Assembly: GCA_038058635.1 (NCBI GenBank)
Contig: JBBUAP010000001.1
Location: forward strand, 295,877 to 359,876
DNA from: Patescibacteria group bacterium
GTDB taxonomy: Bacteria; Patescibacteriota; UBA1384; 2-12-FULL-50-11
DNA length: 64,000 nucleotides
Direction of reading: 5' to 3'
Shown here: positions 8,715-18,303 of the stretch, one piece after another
How the letters are laid out: every line of letters starts with the position of its first letter
Position numbering within the stretch: position 1 is the first letter of the stretch
Program-made: the position numbers and the translations under genes
Notes under the pieces: model-generated
Database searches by the model: none
The model's input: only the letters and a program-made list of their open reading frames with translations
What the model was told of the DNA's origin: nothing

Positions 8715-10399
8715 TGCAATTGGACGAGGTTAGAAAAAGTTTTGTCGACTACTTTACCGACCTTGGTTATTTACGGCAAGACGAATCAAGCTTAATTCCT
8801 CGTAACGACCCGTCGGTCCTCTTTACTACCGCCGGAATGCAACAGTTCAAGGATTTTTACGCCTCGCCGCTTGATGCTCCGGCCAAATCGGTCGTCACCA
8901 TTCAACCAGTCTTTCGCACCAGCGATATTAGCGAAGTCGGCGACGCCACTCACCTGACAATGTTCGAGATGCTGGGCAATTTTCGTTTCGGCGAATCTTC
9001 GTCAATGAAAATGAAGGAGACGGCGATCAAAGAGGCCTGGAACTTTATCCATAAAAAACTTGGGGTTGTGAAAGAGCGGGTGTCAGCAACAGTTTTTAAG
9101 GGCGATAAATTAACTCCCGGCGATACCGAGTCAGAAGGAATCTGGCAGATGCTGGGCATTGAAGTTAAGCGGATGGGTCGCGACGATAACTTTTGGGGAC
9201 CGGCTGGCGACGACGGCCCGTGCGGTCCGTGTAGTGAAATATATATCGACGGGATTGAAGTTTGGAACCTCGTTTTTACTGAATATTTTAAGAGTCGAGA
9301 CGGAAAGTTTACTAGACTGCCGCAAGCAGGCCTTGATACTGGCTCGGGTCTAGAGCGATTGGCGGCTACCTTACAAAGCCATCGATCAGTCTGGGCGATT
9401 GAGCCGTTTGCTAATTGGGTCGAATCAATCGATCGCTCGCGCGAATACGAGAGCAAGATTATCGTTGATCATTTGCGGGCGATAATATTTCTCATCAGCG
9501 AAGGGATAATGCCAGCCAACAAAGGCCGGGATTACATCTTGCGCCGCCTGATTCGTAAGATTGTCTTCTTAGAGCGTCGGGCTGCTATCAAGGCCGACTT
9601 AGAAAAAATCATCGGTGAGATTCACGCCTACTACGCACCGTCCTACACCCTGACCGATCCCGTCAAAATCGTCAAAATTTTTGCTGACGAACAAGCCCAA
9701 TTTGAGAAAAACTTGGCTCGAGCGATTGGGCACTTGGATCGCTGGGTAACTAGTCAAACCAGCCAACCGTCAAGCGAAGAGATTACGAAGTTGGCTTTTT
9801 ATTTATTTGAGTCGTTCGGTTTCCCCAAAGAATTACTGCTAGAACACCTGATAGATTTGGGCTGGGAGTTTGATACCGACTTGTTCGCCAAGCTGTTTGC
9901 GACTCATCAAGAAATTTCTCGCCAGGGCTCGGAGGGTTTGTTCAAAGGCGGTTTGGCGGATCACGACGAACAGACCATTAAACATCACACCGCTCATCAC
10001 TTACTATTGGCGGCATTGCGCCAAGTATTGGGTGATTCAGTTGTCCAAAAAGGCTCGAATGTCACCAGCGAAAGACTGCGCCTAGATTTTAACTACGACC
10101 GAAAATTGACCGACGACGAACTCAAGAAAGTGGAAGATATTGTGAACGACCAGATTGCCGCCGACTTGCCGGTCGTGAAACAGGAAATGTCCAAAGACGA
10201 AGCCCTGCAATCCGGCGCCCTAGCGGAATTCGGCCAAAAATATGGCGATACAGTTTCTGTTTACACTATTGGAAACTTTTCCAAGGAGCTCTGCGGCGGC
10301 CCGCACATAGAAAAAACCGGCCTGCTCGGCCGGTTCGAAATCCTCAAAGAGGAAGCCTCCTCCCAGGGCGTCCGTCGCATCAAAGCCCGAGTTAGTTAG
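8711..10399 (+). CDS. alaS: Alanine--tRNA ligase, short form lacking C-Ala
   Basis: DPSVLFTTAGMQQFK, HLTMFEMLGNF, GPCGPCSEI, DTGSGLERL, editing HTAHHLL and ELCGGPH. Confidence 0.96.
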   Translation: MMQLDEVRKSFVDYFTDLGYLRQDESSLIPRNDPSVLFTTAGMQQFKDFYASPLDAPAKSVVTIQPVFRTSDISEVGDATHLTMFEMLGNFRFGESSSMKMKETAIKEAWNFIHKKLGVVKERVSATVFKGDKLTPGDTESEGIWQMLGIEVKRMGRDDNFWGPAGDDGPCGPCSEIYIDGIEVWNLVFTEYFKSRDGKFTRLPQAGLDTGSGLERLAATLQSHRSVWAIEPFANWVESIDRSREYESKIIVDHLRAIIFLISEGIMPANKGRDYILRRLIRKIVFLERRAAIKADLEKIIGEIHAYYAPSYTLTDPVKIVKIFADEQAQFEKNLARAIGHLDRWVTSQTSQPSSEEITKLAFYLFESFGFPKELLLEHLIDLGWEFDTDLFAKLFATHQEISRQGSEGLFKGGLADHDEQTIKHHTAHHLLLAALRQVLGDSVVQKGSNVTSERLRLDFNYDRKLTDDELKKVEDIVNDQIAADLPVVKQEMSKDEALQSGALAEFGQKYGDTVSVYTIGNFSKELCGGPHIEKTGLLGRFEILKEEASSQGVRRIKARVS

Positions 10400-10931
10400 T
10401 GTCCGATTTTTCCGGATCGGTTTTTCCGAGTCTCTCGGCTTCCTTAAGAGATTCTTCAATGTCTCTCTGAACCTCATCGAAATTCTGCGGACGATCACTA
10501 TCTAGTTCGTTTTGGGCAATTCTTTCTGCAGCCTGTTTAGCTCGTACATATAAACCAGCGTATAATAGGTTGTCGGGAAGCTCGTCAATCAGATTGTGGA
10601 TTTCCTCGAGAGCATCGCCCTTCATACCGGCGAGCGCCTGTAGCTCGTAGCATTTTAGCTGTAACTCAAGGTTCTGAATATTTCGGTCGTTCCCCGAAAA
10701 AGAGTTTACGACCTGTTCGCCGGCCGCTTGATAAGTCGTATAAAGTTCAACGGTTAATTCTTCGCCTTGCTCAACCCGAGCTCTAATTTCGACCATTGCC
10801 CAGGTCTCGACAAACTCTCCGCTATGAGCAACTTCTAATCTTGTTTCATCACCTGTTTGAGGGGTAACAAAATCCTCGGGGCGAGATTCGCCCGTAACTG
10901 GTTCTCTCGGCTCCCTTTCCATGTCGTCCAT
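10392..10931 (-). CDS. Acidic hypothetical protein
   Basis: 179-aa ORF filling the gap between alaS and the ftsA-like gene; no recognised motif. Confidence 0.6.
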   Translation of the reverse strand: MDDMEREPREPVTGESRPEDFVTPQTGDETRLEVAHSGEFVETWAMVEIRARVEQGEELTVELYTTYQAAGEQVVNSFSGNDRNIQNLELQLKCYELQALAGMKGDALEEIHNLIDELPDNLLYAGLYVRAKQAAERIAQNELDSDRPQNFDEVQRDIEESLKEAERLGKTDPEKSDTN

Positions 10932-10997
10932 AGTGTGACTTTACAACATTTAGTGAATTGCGCATAACGGTTTGTATCTGGTAATCTGAAAGGATAA

Positions 10998-12242
10998 ATG
11001 GGGCTGTTTGGGGGGCGCAAAAAACAGAATAATTGGGCGATTAGTCTCGACATCGGGACGGAGTTTGTTAAAACCCTGGTTTTTGAGGTCATTGACGGCG
11101 AGGGTCATATCCGTGGCGTCGGCCGGGCTCGCCAAAAACTTTCTGACATGCAGGGCGGCGGTATTACCGATATTCACGGTGTTGCCCAAAACTGCGAGAA
11201 AGCCATCGAAGAAGCAGCGACGATGGCCCAATTTCTACCTGACAAAGCTATTGTCGGTATCGCTGGTGAGTTGGTGAAAGGGGCGACGACAACCGTTAAA
11301 GTCACCCGAGCGAAACCCCAAACCCAAATTCAAGTTTCTGAGCTTCAAGATATCGTCAACCAAGTCCAAGCTCAGGCCTTCAGCCAGGCACGTAAAGAAT
11401 TGGCGGAAGAAACGGGGTTGGAAGAGATAGACATTCAGCTGGTCAATGCCGCCATCGTTTCAGTTGTTATTGACGGCTACAAAGTTTCTAACCCGATGAG
11501 CTACCAGGGTAAAGAACTGTCGGTTGGGGTTTACAACGCTTTTGCGCCGATCGTCCAATTTGGCGCCTTGGAAACGGTTGTCCGAGAGCTGAATCTGGAG
11601 CTGTTGGCTATCGCCGCCGAACCGTACGCCGTGGCTCGCTGTATGAACGAGGAGTCGACCGATTTTGCCGCCACTTTTATTGATATTGGCGGCGGGACGA
11701 CTGATATTGCCGTTGTGCGAAACGGCGGTGTTGATGGGACAAAAATGTTTGCCATCGGTGGCCGGGCTTTCACCAAACGAGTGGCCGCTGTTTTAGGCGA
11801 AACTTTTGCCAATGCCGAGGACGCCAAGATTGCTTACTCTTCTGGTACCCTCGACAAAGAAAAGGCCGAGTTGGTTCGTCAGGCCTTAAAGAACGATACT
11901 CAAGTTTGGCTGTCGGCTTTGCAAATATCGCTCGAAGATTTTGGCGAAGGCGACCTGTTGCCGTCGAAGATTTTACTCTGTGGCGGTGGAAGTAACTTGC
12001 CGGAGATCAAGGAAGTGCTGTCCGATCGGGAATGGTCGAAAGACTTGCCGTTCGCCCGGGCACCGGAAGTGCAGTTCATCAAGCCGAGCGATGTCGCCAA
12101 TATGATCGATGAAACCAAAACTCTCAAAGATATTTCCCAGGTCACGCCGATGGCTTTAGGCAATGTCGCCTTAGACTTGATTGGCCAAACGAGTATGCTA
12201 GAGACACTGATGAAAAAAGCCCTGACCGGAGTGAAGCAATAA
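10998..12242 (+). CDS. ftsA: FtsA-like actin-family ATPase
   Basis: SLDIGTEFVK, IAAEPYAVA, FIDIGGGTTDIA, LLCGGGSNLP. Confidence 0.85.
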   Translation: MGLFGGRKKQNNWAISLDIGTEFVKTLVFEVIDGEGHIRGVGRARQKLSDMQGGGITDIHGVAQNCEKAIEEAATMAQFLPDKAIVGIAGELVKGATTTVKVTRAKPQTQIQVSELQDIVNQVQAQAFSQARKELAEETGLEEIDIQLVNAAIVSVVIDGYKVSNPMSYQGKELSVGVYNAFAPIVQFGALETVVRELNLELLAIAAEPYAVARCMNEESTDFAATFIDIGGGTTDIAVVRNGGVDGTKMFAIGGRAFTKRVAAVLGETFANAEDAKIAYSSGTLDKEKAELVRQALKNDTQVWLSALQISLEDFGEGDLLPSKILLCGGGSNLPEIKEVLSDREWSKDLPFARAPEVQFIKPSDVANMIDETKTLKDISQVTPMALGNVALDLIGQTSMLETLMKKALTGVKQ

Positions 12243-12243
12243 A

Positions 12244-12348
12244 ATGCCAAAGGCATTTAGCGTCTGGCAACTAGCAACTAGCTACTGGCAGAAATTTAAA
12301 AAGATAAAGCCAGAAGCCAGAAGCTGTAAGCTAGGAGCTACTTTGTGA
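12244..12348 (+). repeat. Heptamer-repeat cassette forming a 34-aa mini-ORF
   Basis: CTGGCAA-CTAGCAA-CTAGCTA-CTGGCAG ... AAGCCAG-AAGCCAG-AAGCTGT-AAGCTAG; ORF MPKAFSVWQLATSYWQKFKKIKPEARSCKLGATL ends in a TGATG overlap. Confidence 0.75.
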
Positions 12349-14135
12349 TGAAGCCGATTTACCTCGAGCCGGACGAGGAGATTACTTCGATTATCGATCG
12401 ATTGGCAAAAGTCGACGAAAAGAAGATTGCCGTGGTGGTGCCAAAGAACAGCACGATGTTCCAAAGTCTGGTTAATTTAAAACTCTTAGCCCGTCAGGCC
12501 CAAAAATTGGGTAAAGAAGTGGCGATAATCTCCAGCAACAAAATTGGTAGTCGTTTAGCCAAGCAGGTCGGGCTAGAAACCTACGCTAGTTTAGGGACGG
12601 TTAGCAACGCCCCGACACCTACGTCTGTGACTAAACCTACGCCAAGTACCGAACCAGTAGGAGCTGATGTTTTGCCTGATGGTACCCCGGTGCATCGTTA
12701 CTCACCAGAGGTGGGTACACAGCAACTAGCAACTAGCCAAGAGCCACTAGCAGATGATGACGAGGAACCAGAGTTAGTCAGCCAACCAGACGCTAATTTT
12801 ATCGAGCCAGAAGCCAGTGGCCAGTTACCAGTAGCTCCTGACAACAAGCCAGAAGCAGTTCCTGATGAGCCAGAAACCCCTATCGATTTGCCAGTGGCTA
12901 GTAGCCAGAAGCTAGTTGCCCCCCCAAGTTTACCTCCCATTGTCTCGCGGGGGGTTCAAACTCGTCACGAATTTGTCTTTCCCTGGAAATCCGCAGCTGT
13001 GGCCGGATCGCTGGTGATTATCGCCTTCATCGTCACCTTTCTGTTCTTGCCCAAGGCCACCGTCACCCTGACTTTCCCGGCCATACTGTTGAGCGATACC
13101 GTTACCCTAACCGCCAAAACAACTGCCACCGAAGGCGAAGGAATTATCGCGGGCAATTTACTAACAACCGAAAAAACCTTAACCCAAGAAGTGACGGCGA
13201 CAGGCCAGAAAGATGTTGGCACCAAAGCCAGCGGCTCGGTGGCTGTCAAAAACTGCGAAGACACCAATCCTCATAGTTTAGCCGCTGGTACCAAGGCCAC
13301 TGCTAGCAGTAAAACCTTTACCACCGGCGCGGCCGTGACTATCCCGGCCGGTACTTTTAGTGGCGGCGGCACCGTCTGCACTTCTTCGACGGTTAGCGTG
13401 ACGCTGACGGCCAGCGAAGCCGGAACAGCTCACAACTTAGCCAGTGCCACCTTCACCTTTGCTGGTCTGGCCAGTCGCATTAGCGCTACCGGCTCGACGA
13501 CCGGCGGGACTACCAAACAAATCACTGTTTTGTCCCAAGACGATGTCGATCAGGCCTACTCGGCGCTGAAAACCCAACTTGTTACCGATGCGACCAACGA
13601 CCTGAAAAGCAAGGCTGGCACCCAGAGCATCGTCGCCGAAGCCATCAAACAAACGGTGGTCGAACAAAAAGTCGACAAGTCAGTTGGCGCTGAGGTTGCT
13701 AAAGCGACTGCTTCAGTGACAATTAATCTTTTTACCATCACCTTCGACCAAAGCACCATTGACGCCGCTGTTAAAACGAAGTTGTCGGAAAAATTGACGG
13801 CCGATCAGGAGCTGATCATTGCCGAGAATCAAATCGCCCTGCCCGCGTTTAAAGAAATGTCCGACGACAAGACTAGCTTAACTTTGACGGTGGCCGCGTC
13901 CGGTTTCGCCGCCCCGATTATCAATAAAAAAGCGGTTACCAAAGAAGTTAAGAACAAATCCGTCACTAGCGCCGAAAGTTTTCTCAAAGATAAGTATCAA
14001 GCCAGCAATGCCAAGATCGAAATTATCCCCGGCTGGTGGTTGAAGCGCTTGCCAATTCTCTCCCAAGCCATTACTGTCGAGTACGGCTATGAAGAAACAA
14101 CTCCTCAACCTAAAGATGCGATACCTGGGACTTGA
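12348..14135 (+). CDS. Membrane protein with baseplate J/gp47-like extracellular domain
   Basis: N-terminal IYLEPDEEITSIIDRL domain, Pro/acidic linker, TM, then ATGQKDVGTKASGSV...AGTAHN...TGGTTKQITVLSQDD. Confidence 0.75.
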   Translation: MKPIYLEPDEEITSIIDRLAKVDEKKIAVVVPKNSTMFQSLVNLKLLARQAQKLGKEVAIISSNKIGSRLAKQVGLETYASLGTVSNAPTPTSVTKPTPSTEPVGADVLPDGTPVHRYSPEVGTQQLATSQEPLADDDEEPELVSQPDANFIEPEASGQLPVAPDNKPEAVPDEPETPIDLPVASSQKLVAPPSLPPIVSRGVQTRHEFVFPWKSAAVAGSLVIIAFIVTFLFLPKATVTLTFPAILLSDTVTLTAKTTATEGEGIIAGNLLTTEKTLTQEVTATGQKDVGTKASGSVAVKNCEDTNPHSLAAGTKATASSKTFTTGAAVTIPAGTFSGGGTVCTSSTVSVTLTASEAGTAHNLASATFTFAGLASRISATGSTTGGTTKQITVLSQDDVDQAYSALKTQLVTDATNDLKSKAGTQSIVAEAIKQTVVEQKVDKSVGAEVAKATASVTINLFTITFDQSTIDAAVKTKLSEKLTADQELIIAENQIALPAFKEMSDDKTSLTLTVAASGFAAPIINKKAVTKEVKNKSVTSAESFLKDKYQASNAKIEIIPGWWLKRLPILSQAITVEYGYEETTPQPKDAIPGT

Positions 14136-14544
14136 TGTTGGGTCACGACATATCGGCGTGGCGGTAGGCGAGCTCCTGGCCAGCGAATTGACGACTCTTG
14201 ACGCCCCGAAAAACCAGAATTTTTACGACGCACCGAAACTGGTTGACGAGGAAATTGTGCGGTTAATTGCCAGCGAGCAAGTTGACGCGATCGTCGTTGG
14301 CTTGCCGGTCAACGAGCAGGGAGAGCTGTCGGCCGAAGCCGAATCGATCAAAAAATTTGCCGACCAACTAGGAACTCGACTCGACAAAACAATCCACTTT
14401 GTCAACGAAACACTGTCGAGTTTTATGGCTGAAGACATTCTGGAGAGTCAGGGCTTGAGTATCCAGGAAGCTAAACTGCGCGAGCATCAGCTTTCAGCCC
14501 AGTTAATCCTCCAGCAATACATCGAAGAAAATGTTGGTGCTTAA
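14116..14544 (+). CDS. yqgF: YqgF/RuvX family nuclease
   Basis: YLGLDVGSRHIGVAV, IVVGLP, VNETLSS, AQLILQQY. Confidence 0.92.
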   Translation: MRYLGLDVGSRHIGVAVGELLASELTTLDAPKNQNFYDAPKLVDEEIVRLIASEQVDAIVVGLPVNEQGELSAEAESIKKFADQLGTRLDKTIHFVNETLSSFMAEDILESQGLSIQEAKLREHQLSAQLILQQYIEENVGA

Positions 14545-15442
14545 ACGCCTGGCCTTGGGCTTGCTGGGAATCATCGTCATCCTAGCAGTGATTTTTATTA
14601 TTCTTTTAGCGCCGAAAAATGAAGAGTCTACCGAAAAGGTAGATTTTGTCGTCGCCGCCAATCAACGATCGGCCGATATTTCGCAACATTTGGAAAAAGA
14701 GGGAGTGATCAAAAACGGTTTCGCCTTCTACCTCTATTTGAAGTTAATTAATGGCAAAATCCTGCCCGGTACCTACGAGTTGTCGACTAATCAGTCTGGC
14801 TCCGATATCGCCGGCCAGTTAGCCAGCGGCAAATTCAAGGTCGCCAAAATCACTATCATCGAAGGTTGGCGAGCCAGCCAGATGGAAGATTATTTTGTAA
14901 CCGACAAGAAGTTGCGCCAGCTAGAAGGATTTGCGAAACTGGCTGAGTCGTCCGAGGGCTATCTATTTCCCGATACTTACGAAGTCAAGATTGATGTCAC
15001 CAGTGAGGAGATAATCAAATTGATGCGGGAGACTTTCGAGCAGAAAACCAAGAGTCTACGGATTACACCCGAGACAGTTATTCTGGCCTCGATAGTTGAG
15101 CGCGAGTCGTTGGGGGATGAAGATCGGAGCCAAATCGCCGGTGTCTACGCCAATCGGGTCAGGCAAGGCATTCGACTCGAAGCCGATCCAACCATCCAGT
15201 ACGCCAAAGGCACTTGGGCGGCAGTGACACTCGCCGAGTATAAATCGGTCATCTCGCCGTACAATACATATCTTAACGACGGCTGGCCGCCGGGCCCGAT
15301 CTGCAGCCCGGGGCTGAAAAGCTTGGAAGCCGCTGCCGCACCAGCCAAGCACGACTATCTCTATTTTTTCCACGCCAAAGGTCAAACCTATTTCTCTAAA
15401 TCTTACGCCGAACACGCCGCCAAAGTCCGTCAAAATTTTTAA
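14531..15442 (+). CDS. mltG: Endolytic transglycosylase MltG
   Basis: EGYLFPDTY, LASIVERE, LEADPT, SPYNTY, PPGPICSPG. Confidence 0.94.
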   Translation: MLVLKRLALGLLGIIVILAVIFIILLAPKNEESTEKVDFVVAANQRSADISQHLEKEGVIKNGFAFYLYLKLINGKILPGTYELSTNQSGSDIAGQLASGKFKVAKITIIEGWRASQMEDYFVTDKKLRQLEGFAKLAESSEGYLFPDTYEVKIDVTSEEIIKLMRETFEQKTKSLRITPETVILASIVERESLGDEDRSQIAGVYANRVRQGIRLEADPTIQYAKGTWAAVTLAEYKSVISPYNTYLNDGWPPGPICSPGLKSLEAAAAPAKHDYLYFFHAKGQTYFSKSYAEHAAKVRQNF

Positions 15443-15454
15443 GCTCTAAGTATA

Positions 15455-16222
15455 ATGTCACGCTCTCCCCGGACGGCTAGAAACAGAATTCCGTGGGTGG
15501 TCGTAGCGGTGGTTGGATTACTGTTGGCGATCTTTATTCGTAGCCAGTATGTCGATTACTACCAAAGACTTGAGACTCCTTCAGACATCTTAACATTTAA
15601 ACCGACCGTACCAGCCAAGTCTATACCGACACCCGCCGCGCCGGCAGTTGCGGAAAAGCCTCCAGTAACCCTTCCGCTCAAAGTGCCGTTTACCTCTCAA
15701 GCGCCGCTGACTATTTGGGATCCACTACACGAAGAAGCCTGCGAAGAAGCTAGTTTGCTGATGGTTTATTATTACCGAACCGGCCAAAAGTTTGTCTCGC
15801 CGCTGGAAGCCGATACGGAGATTAAAAAGTTGGTCGCCTGGGAGGAGAGCAAGGGCTACAAAGTTGATCTGACGGCCAAGGAACTTGTAGCAGTCGCCAC
15901 AGAGTATATGAAACTGAAAACCGGACGAGTAATAGTTGCCCCGACTGTAGATCAGCTCAAAACCGAGCTCAAGGCCGGCCGACCGGTCATCGTTCCGGCC
16001 GCTGGCCGAGAGTTGAAGAATCCTAACTTCACCGCTCCCGGACCGATTTATCATATGCTCGTACTCAAGAGCTTTGATGAGACTGGCTTCATCGTCAACG
16101 ATCCCGGCACTCGCCGCGGCGAAAACTACCATTATGGGTTTAAAACCATAATGGACGCTATGCACGATTGGGATTCGGACAATATCCTAAAAGGCCAAAA
16201 AGCCGTAGTGGTTTTTGATTGA
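15455..16222 (+). CDS. C39-like cysteine peptidase with N-terminal TM
   Basis: VPFTSQAP, EACEEAS, YHMLVL, IVNDPGT. Confidence 0.82.
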   Translation: MSRSPRTARNRIPWVVVAVVGLLLAIFIRSQYVDYYQRLETPSDILTFKPTVPAKSIPTPAAPAVAEKPPVTLPLKVPFTSQAPLTIWDPLHEEACEEASLLMVYYYRTGQKFVSPLEADTEIKKLVAWEESKGYKVDLTAKELVAVATEYMKLKTGRVIVAPTVDQLKTELKAGRPVIVPAAGRELKNPNFTAPGPIYHMLVLKSFDETGFIVNDPGTRRGENYHYGFKTIMDAMHDWDSDNILKGQKAVVVFD

Positions 16223-16271
16223 GCGTTGCGTCTGTTGATTTCGGCTTCTGTTGCATTACAATGCTAAAACA

Positions 16272-17312
16272 ATGCTAAATCGATTTTGGGGTGCTTTTTC
16301 GCATGATGTCGGCATAGATTTGGGTACCGCTAATACCCTCGTTTATGTTCGGGGCAAGGGGATTGTTATTAATGAACCGTCGGTGGTGGCGATTAACCAG
16401 AGAACCAAACAGATTTTAGCGATTGGGACCGAAGCCCAAGTGATGGTCGGCAAAACGCCAGCCCATATCGTCGCCACTCGACCACTAGTTGACGGCGTCG
16501 TCAGCGACTTTGAAGTGACCGAACAGATGCTCCGATATTTTATCGAACGAGTTCACAAAGAACGCTTTTCGTTTTTACCGCGCCCGCGAGTTGTGATTGG
16601 GGTGCCTTACGGGGTAACTGAAGTAGAACGCCGAGCGGCCGAAGAAGCGGCCTTGAACGCTGGCGCTCGTCAGGCCTTTTTGATTGAAGAGCCAGTGGCG
16701 GCGGCGATCGGTGCTCGACTACCGATTCAAGAAGCGACCGGCAGTATGATCGTGGATATCGGCGGCGGGACAACCGAAGTGGCCGTTATTTCGATGGGCG
16801 GTATCGTCGCCTCTCGCTCGATCCGGATCGCCGGTGACGAGATGAATCAGGATATCATTGACTACGCCCGCGACTACTTCAACCTACTTCTGGGTGAACG
16901 AACAGCAGAAAATATCAAAATCGATATCGGCTCAGCTATTGCCCTAAAAGAACCGTTGGAAAGACCGATGCGCGGTCGGGATTTGGTCTCTGGCCTGCCC
17001 CATCAGGTGATGATTAACGATGAACAAGTTCGCCAAGCGTTGTTGAAGTCGACCAATACAATTGTTGATGCGGTTAAGTCGACCATCGAAGAAACGCCGC
17101 CGGAATTAGTGGCCGATATAATGGAACGCGGTATTGTTCTGGCCGGTGGCGGGGCACTTCTGAATGGGCTGGATATCTTAATCTCTCAAGCCACCCAGAC
17201 TAAAGTTTATATTGCCGACGAACCGCTGACTTGTGTGGCCCGCGGTACCGGCGTCGTCCTGGAAGATTTAGAGACTCTAGAGAGTGTTCTTTTGAGTAGC
17301 GCACTTAGATGA
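16272..17312 (+). CDS. mreB: Rod shape-determining protein MreB
   Basis: GIDLGTANTLV, NEPSVVA, IEEPVAAAIGA, VDIGGGTTEVA. Confidence 0.97.
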   Translation: MLNRFWGAFSHDVGIDLGTANTLVYVRGKGIVINEPSVVAINQRTKQILAIGTEAQVMVGKTPAHIVATRPLVDGVVSDFEVTEQMLRYFIERVHKERFSFLPRPRVVIGVPYGVTEVERRAAEEAALNAGARQAFLIEEPVAAAIGARLPIQEATGSMIVDIGGGTTEVAVISMGGIVASRSIRIAGDEMNQDIIDYARDYFNLLLGERTAENIKIDIGSAIALKEPLERPMRGRDLVSGLPHQVMINDEQVRQALLKSTNTIVDAVKSTIEETPPELVADIMERGIVLAGGGALLNGLDILISQATQTKVYIADEPLTCVARGTGVVLEDLETLESVLLSSALR

Positions 17313-18106
17313 TTCGTTTTCCTCATTGGAATTATCGGGTCATTATTCTGACGATGGCGGTGCTATTACTGATTGCCAGCCAATTTCGTTTCTTTAGTCC
17401 GGTTCGTGATTTTACTCGTCGAGCAATCGGCGCACCCGCTAGCATGTTTGATTCCTTGGCTAATCGCTTGAGCGCCTCGGCGCGGATCCTGTTTGCGATT
17501 AACGATCTCTCCAAAGAAAACGCTACTCTGCGTCTGCAAAACTCGACTCTCGAAGCCCAACTTGCCAAACTCAACTCGGTCCAAGGTGAAAACGAAACGC
17601 TCCGCCAAGATTTGAGCTTTAAAAACAGCCGAACTGATCTGAAATTAACGCCGGCCGAAGTTTTGTCATTCTCCCCGTCGGGACTTTATCAGGCCTTTAC
17701 GATTAACCGCGGGGCCCATGACGGCATTAAGGAGAATCAGGCTGTTGTTTCCAACGGTTTTCTAATTGGAAAAATTCACAAAGTCGCAGATTCGACCGCC
17801 GAGGTTTGGTTGATCACCAACCGCAACCTCCTGACTCCGGTCGTTCTGACCGGCAGCCAAACTATCGGCTTGCTATCGGGAGGAATTCGGGGATTGGTGG
17901 TCGAAAATATTCCGCTTGACACTAAAGTTTCGGTCGGAGAGCTGGTCGTCACTTCTTCGCTCGAAGGCATTTACCCATCGGGAATCGCCATTGGGAAAGT
18001 CGAGGAAATTATTTCGCTGAAGGAAGAAATTTTTCTAACCCTACGGATTAGCACTCCGACTAAATTCGGCGATCTGACGGTGGTTTTCGTGGTCACTAAG
18101 AGCTAA
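17309..18106 (+). CDS. mreC: Rod shape-determining protein MreC
   Basis: TM plus coiled coil (ENETLRQDL), INRGAHDGIK, VVTSSLEGIYPSGIAIG; follows mreB. Confidence 0.93.
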   Translation: MIRFPHWNYRVIILTMAVLLLIASQFRFFSPVRDFTRRAIGAPASMFDSLANRLSASARILFAINDLSKENATLRLQNSTLEAQLAKLNSVQGENETLRQDLSFKNSRTDLKLTPAEVLSFSPSGLYQAFTINRGAHDGIKENQAVVSNGFLIGKIHKVADSTAEVWLITNRNLLTPVVLTGSQTIGLLSGGIRGLVVENIPLDTKVSVGELVVTSSLEGIYPSGIAIGKVEEIISLKEEIFLTLRISTPTKFGDLTVVFVVTKS

Positions 18107-18300
18107 TCCACATCAACCTTAAGAAGCGAATATGAAATTCATTTCGAGCGAAAAAGGTGATTTATGTCGAGCCACTAGTTGGCGAGAGCTAGGAGCGAAG
18201 CGACTATGAAGAACGATAGAAGCTCTATCGTGATGAGTAAATCGGTTTTTGCAGCCGAAATGAATCAGATGCAGCTATATATGTTGTTGTGGATTAGCTC
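18100..18300. mobile_element. MITE-like hairpin element A (201 bp)
   Basis: Terminal IR GAGCTAATCCACATCAAC / GTTGTTGTGGATTAGCTC (1 mismatch), flanking TAA duplication, inner ATTTCGAGCGAAAA...TTTGCAGCCGAAAT. Confidence 0.85.
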
Positions 18301-18303
18301 TAA

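Noticed and set aside
12348-14135. Prophage or contractile injection system
   Set aside because: There are no sheath, tube, terminase or capsid genes; the context is housekeeping.
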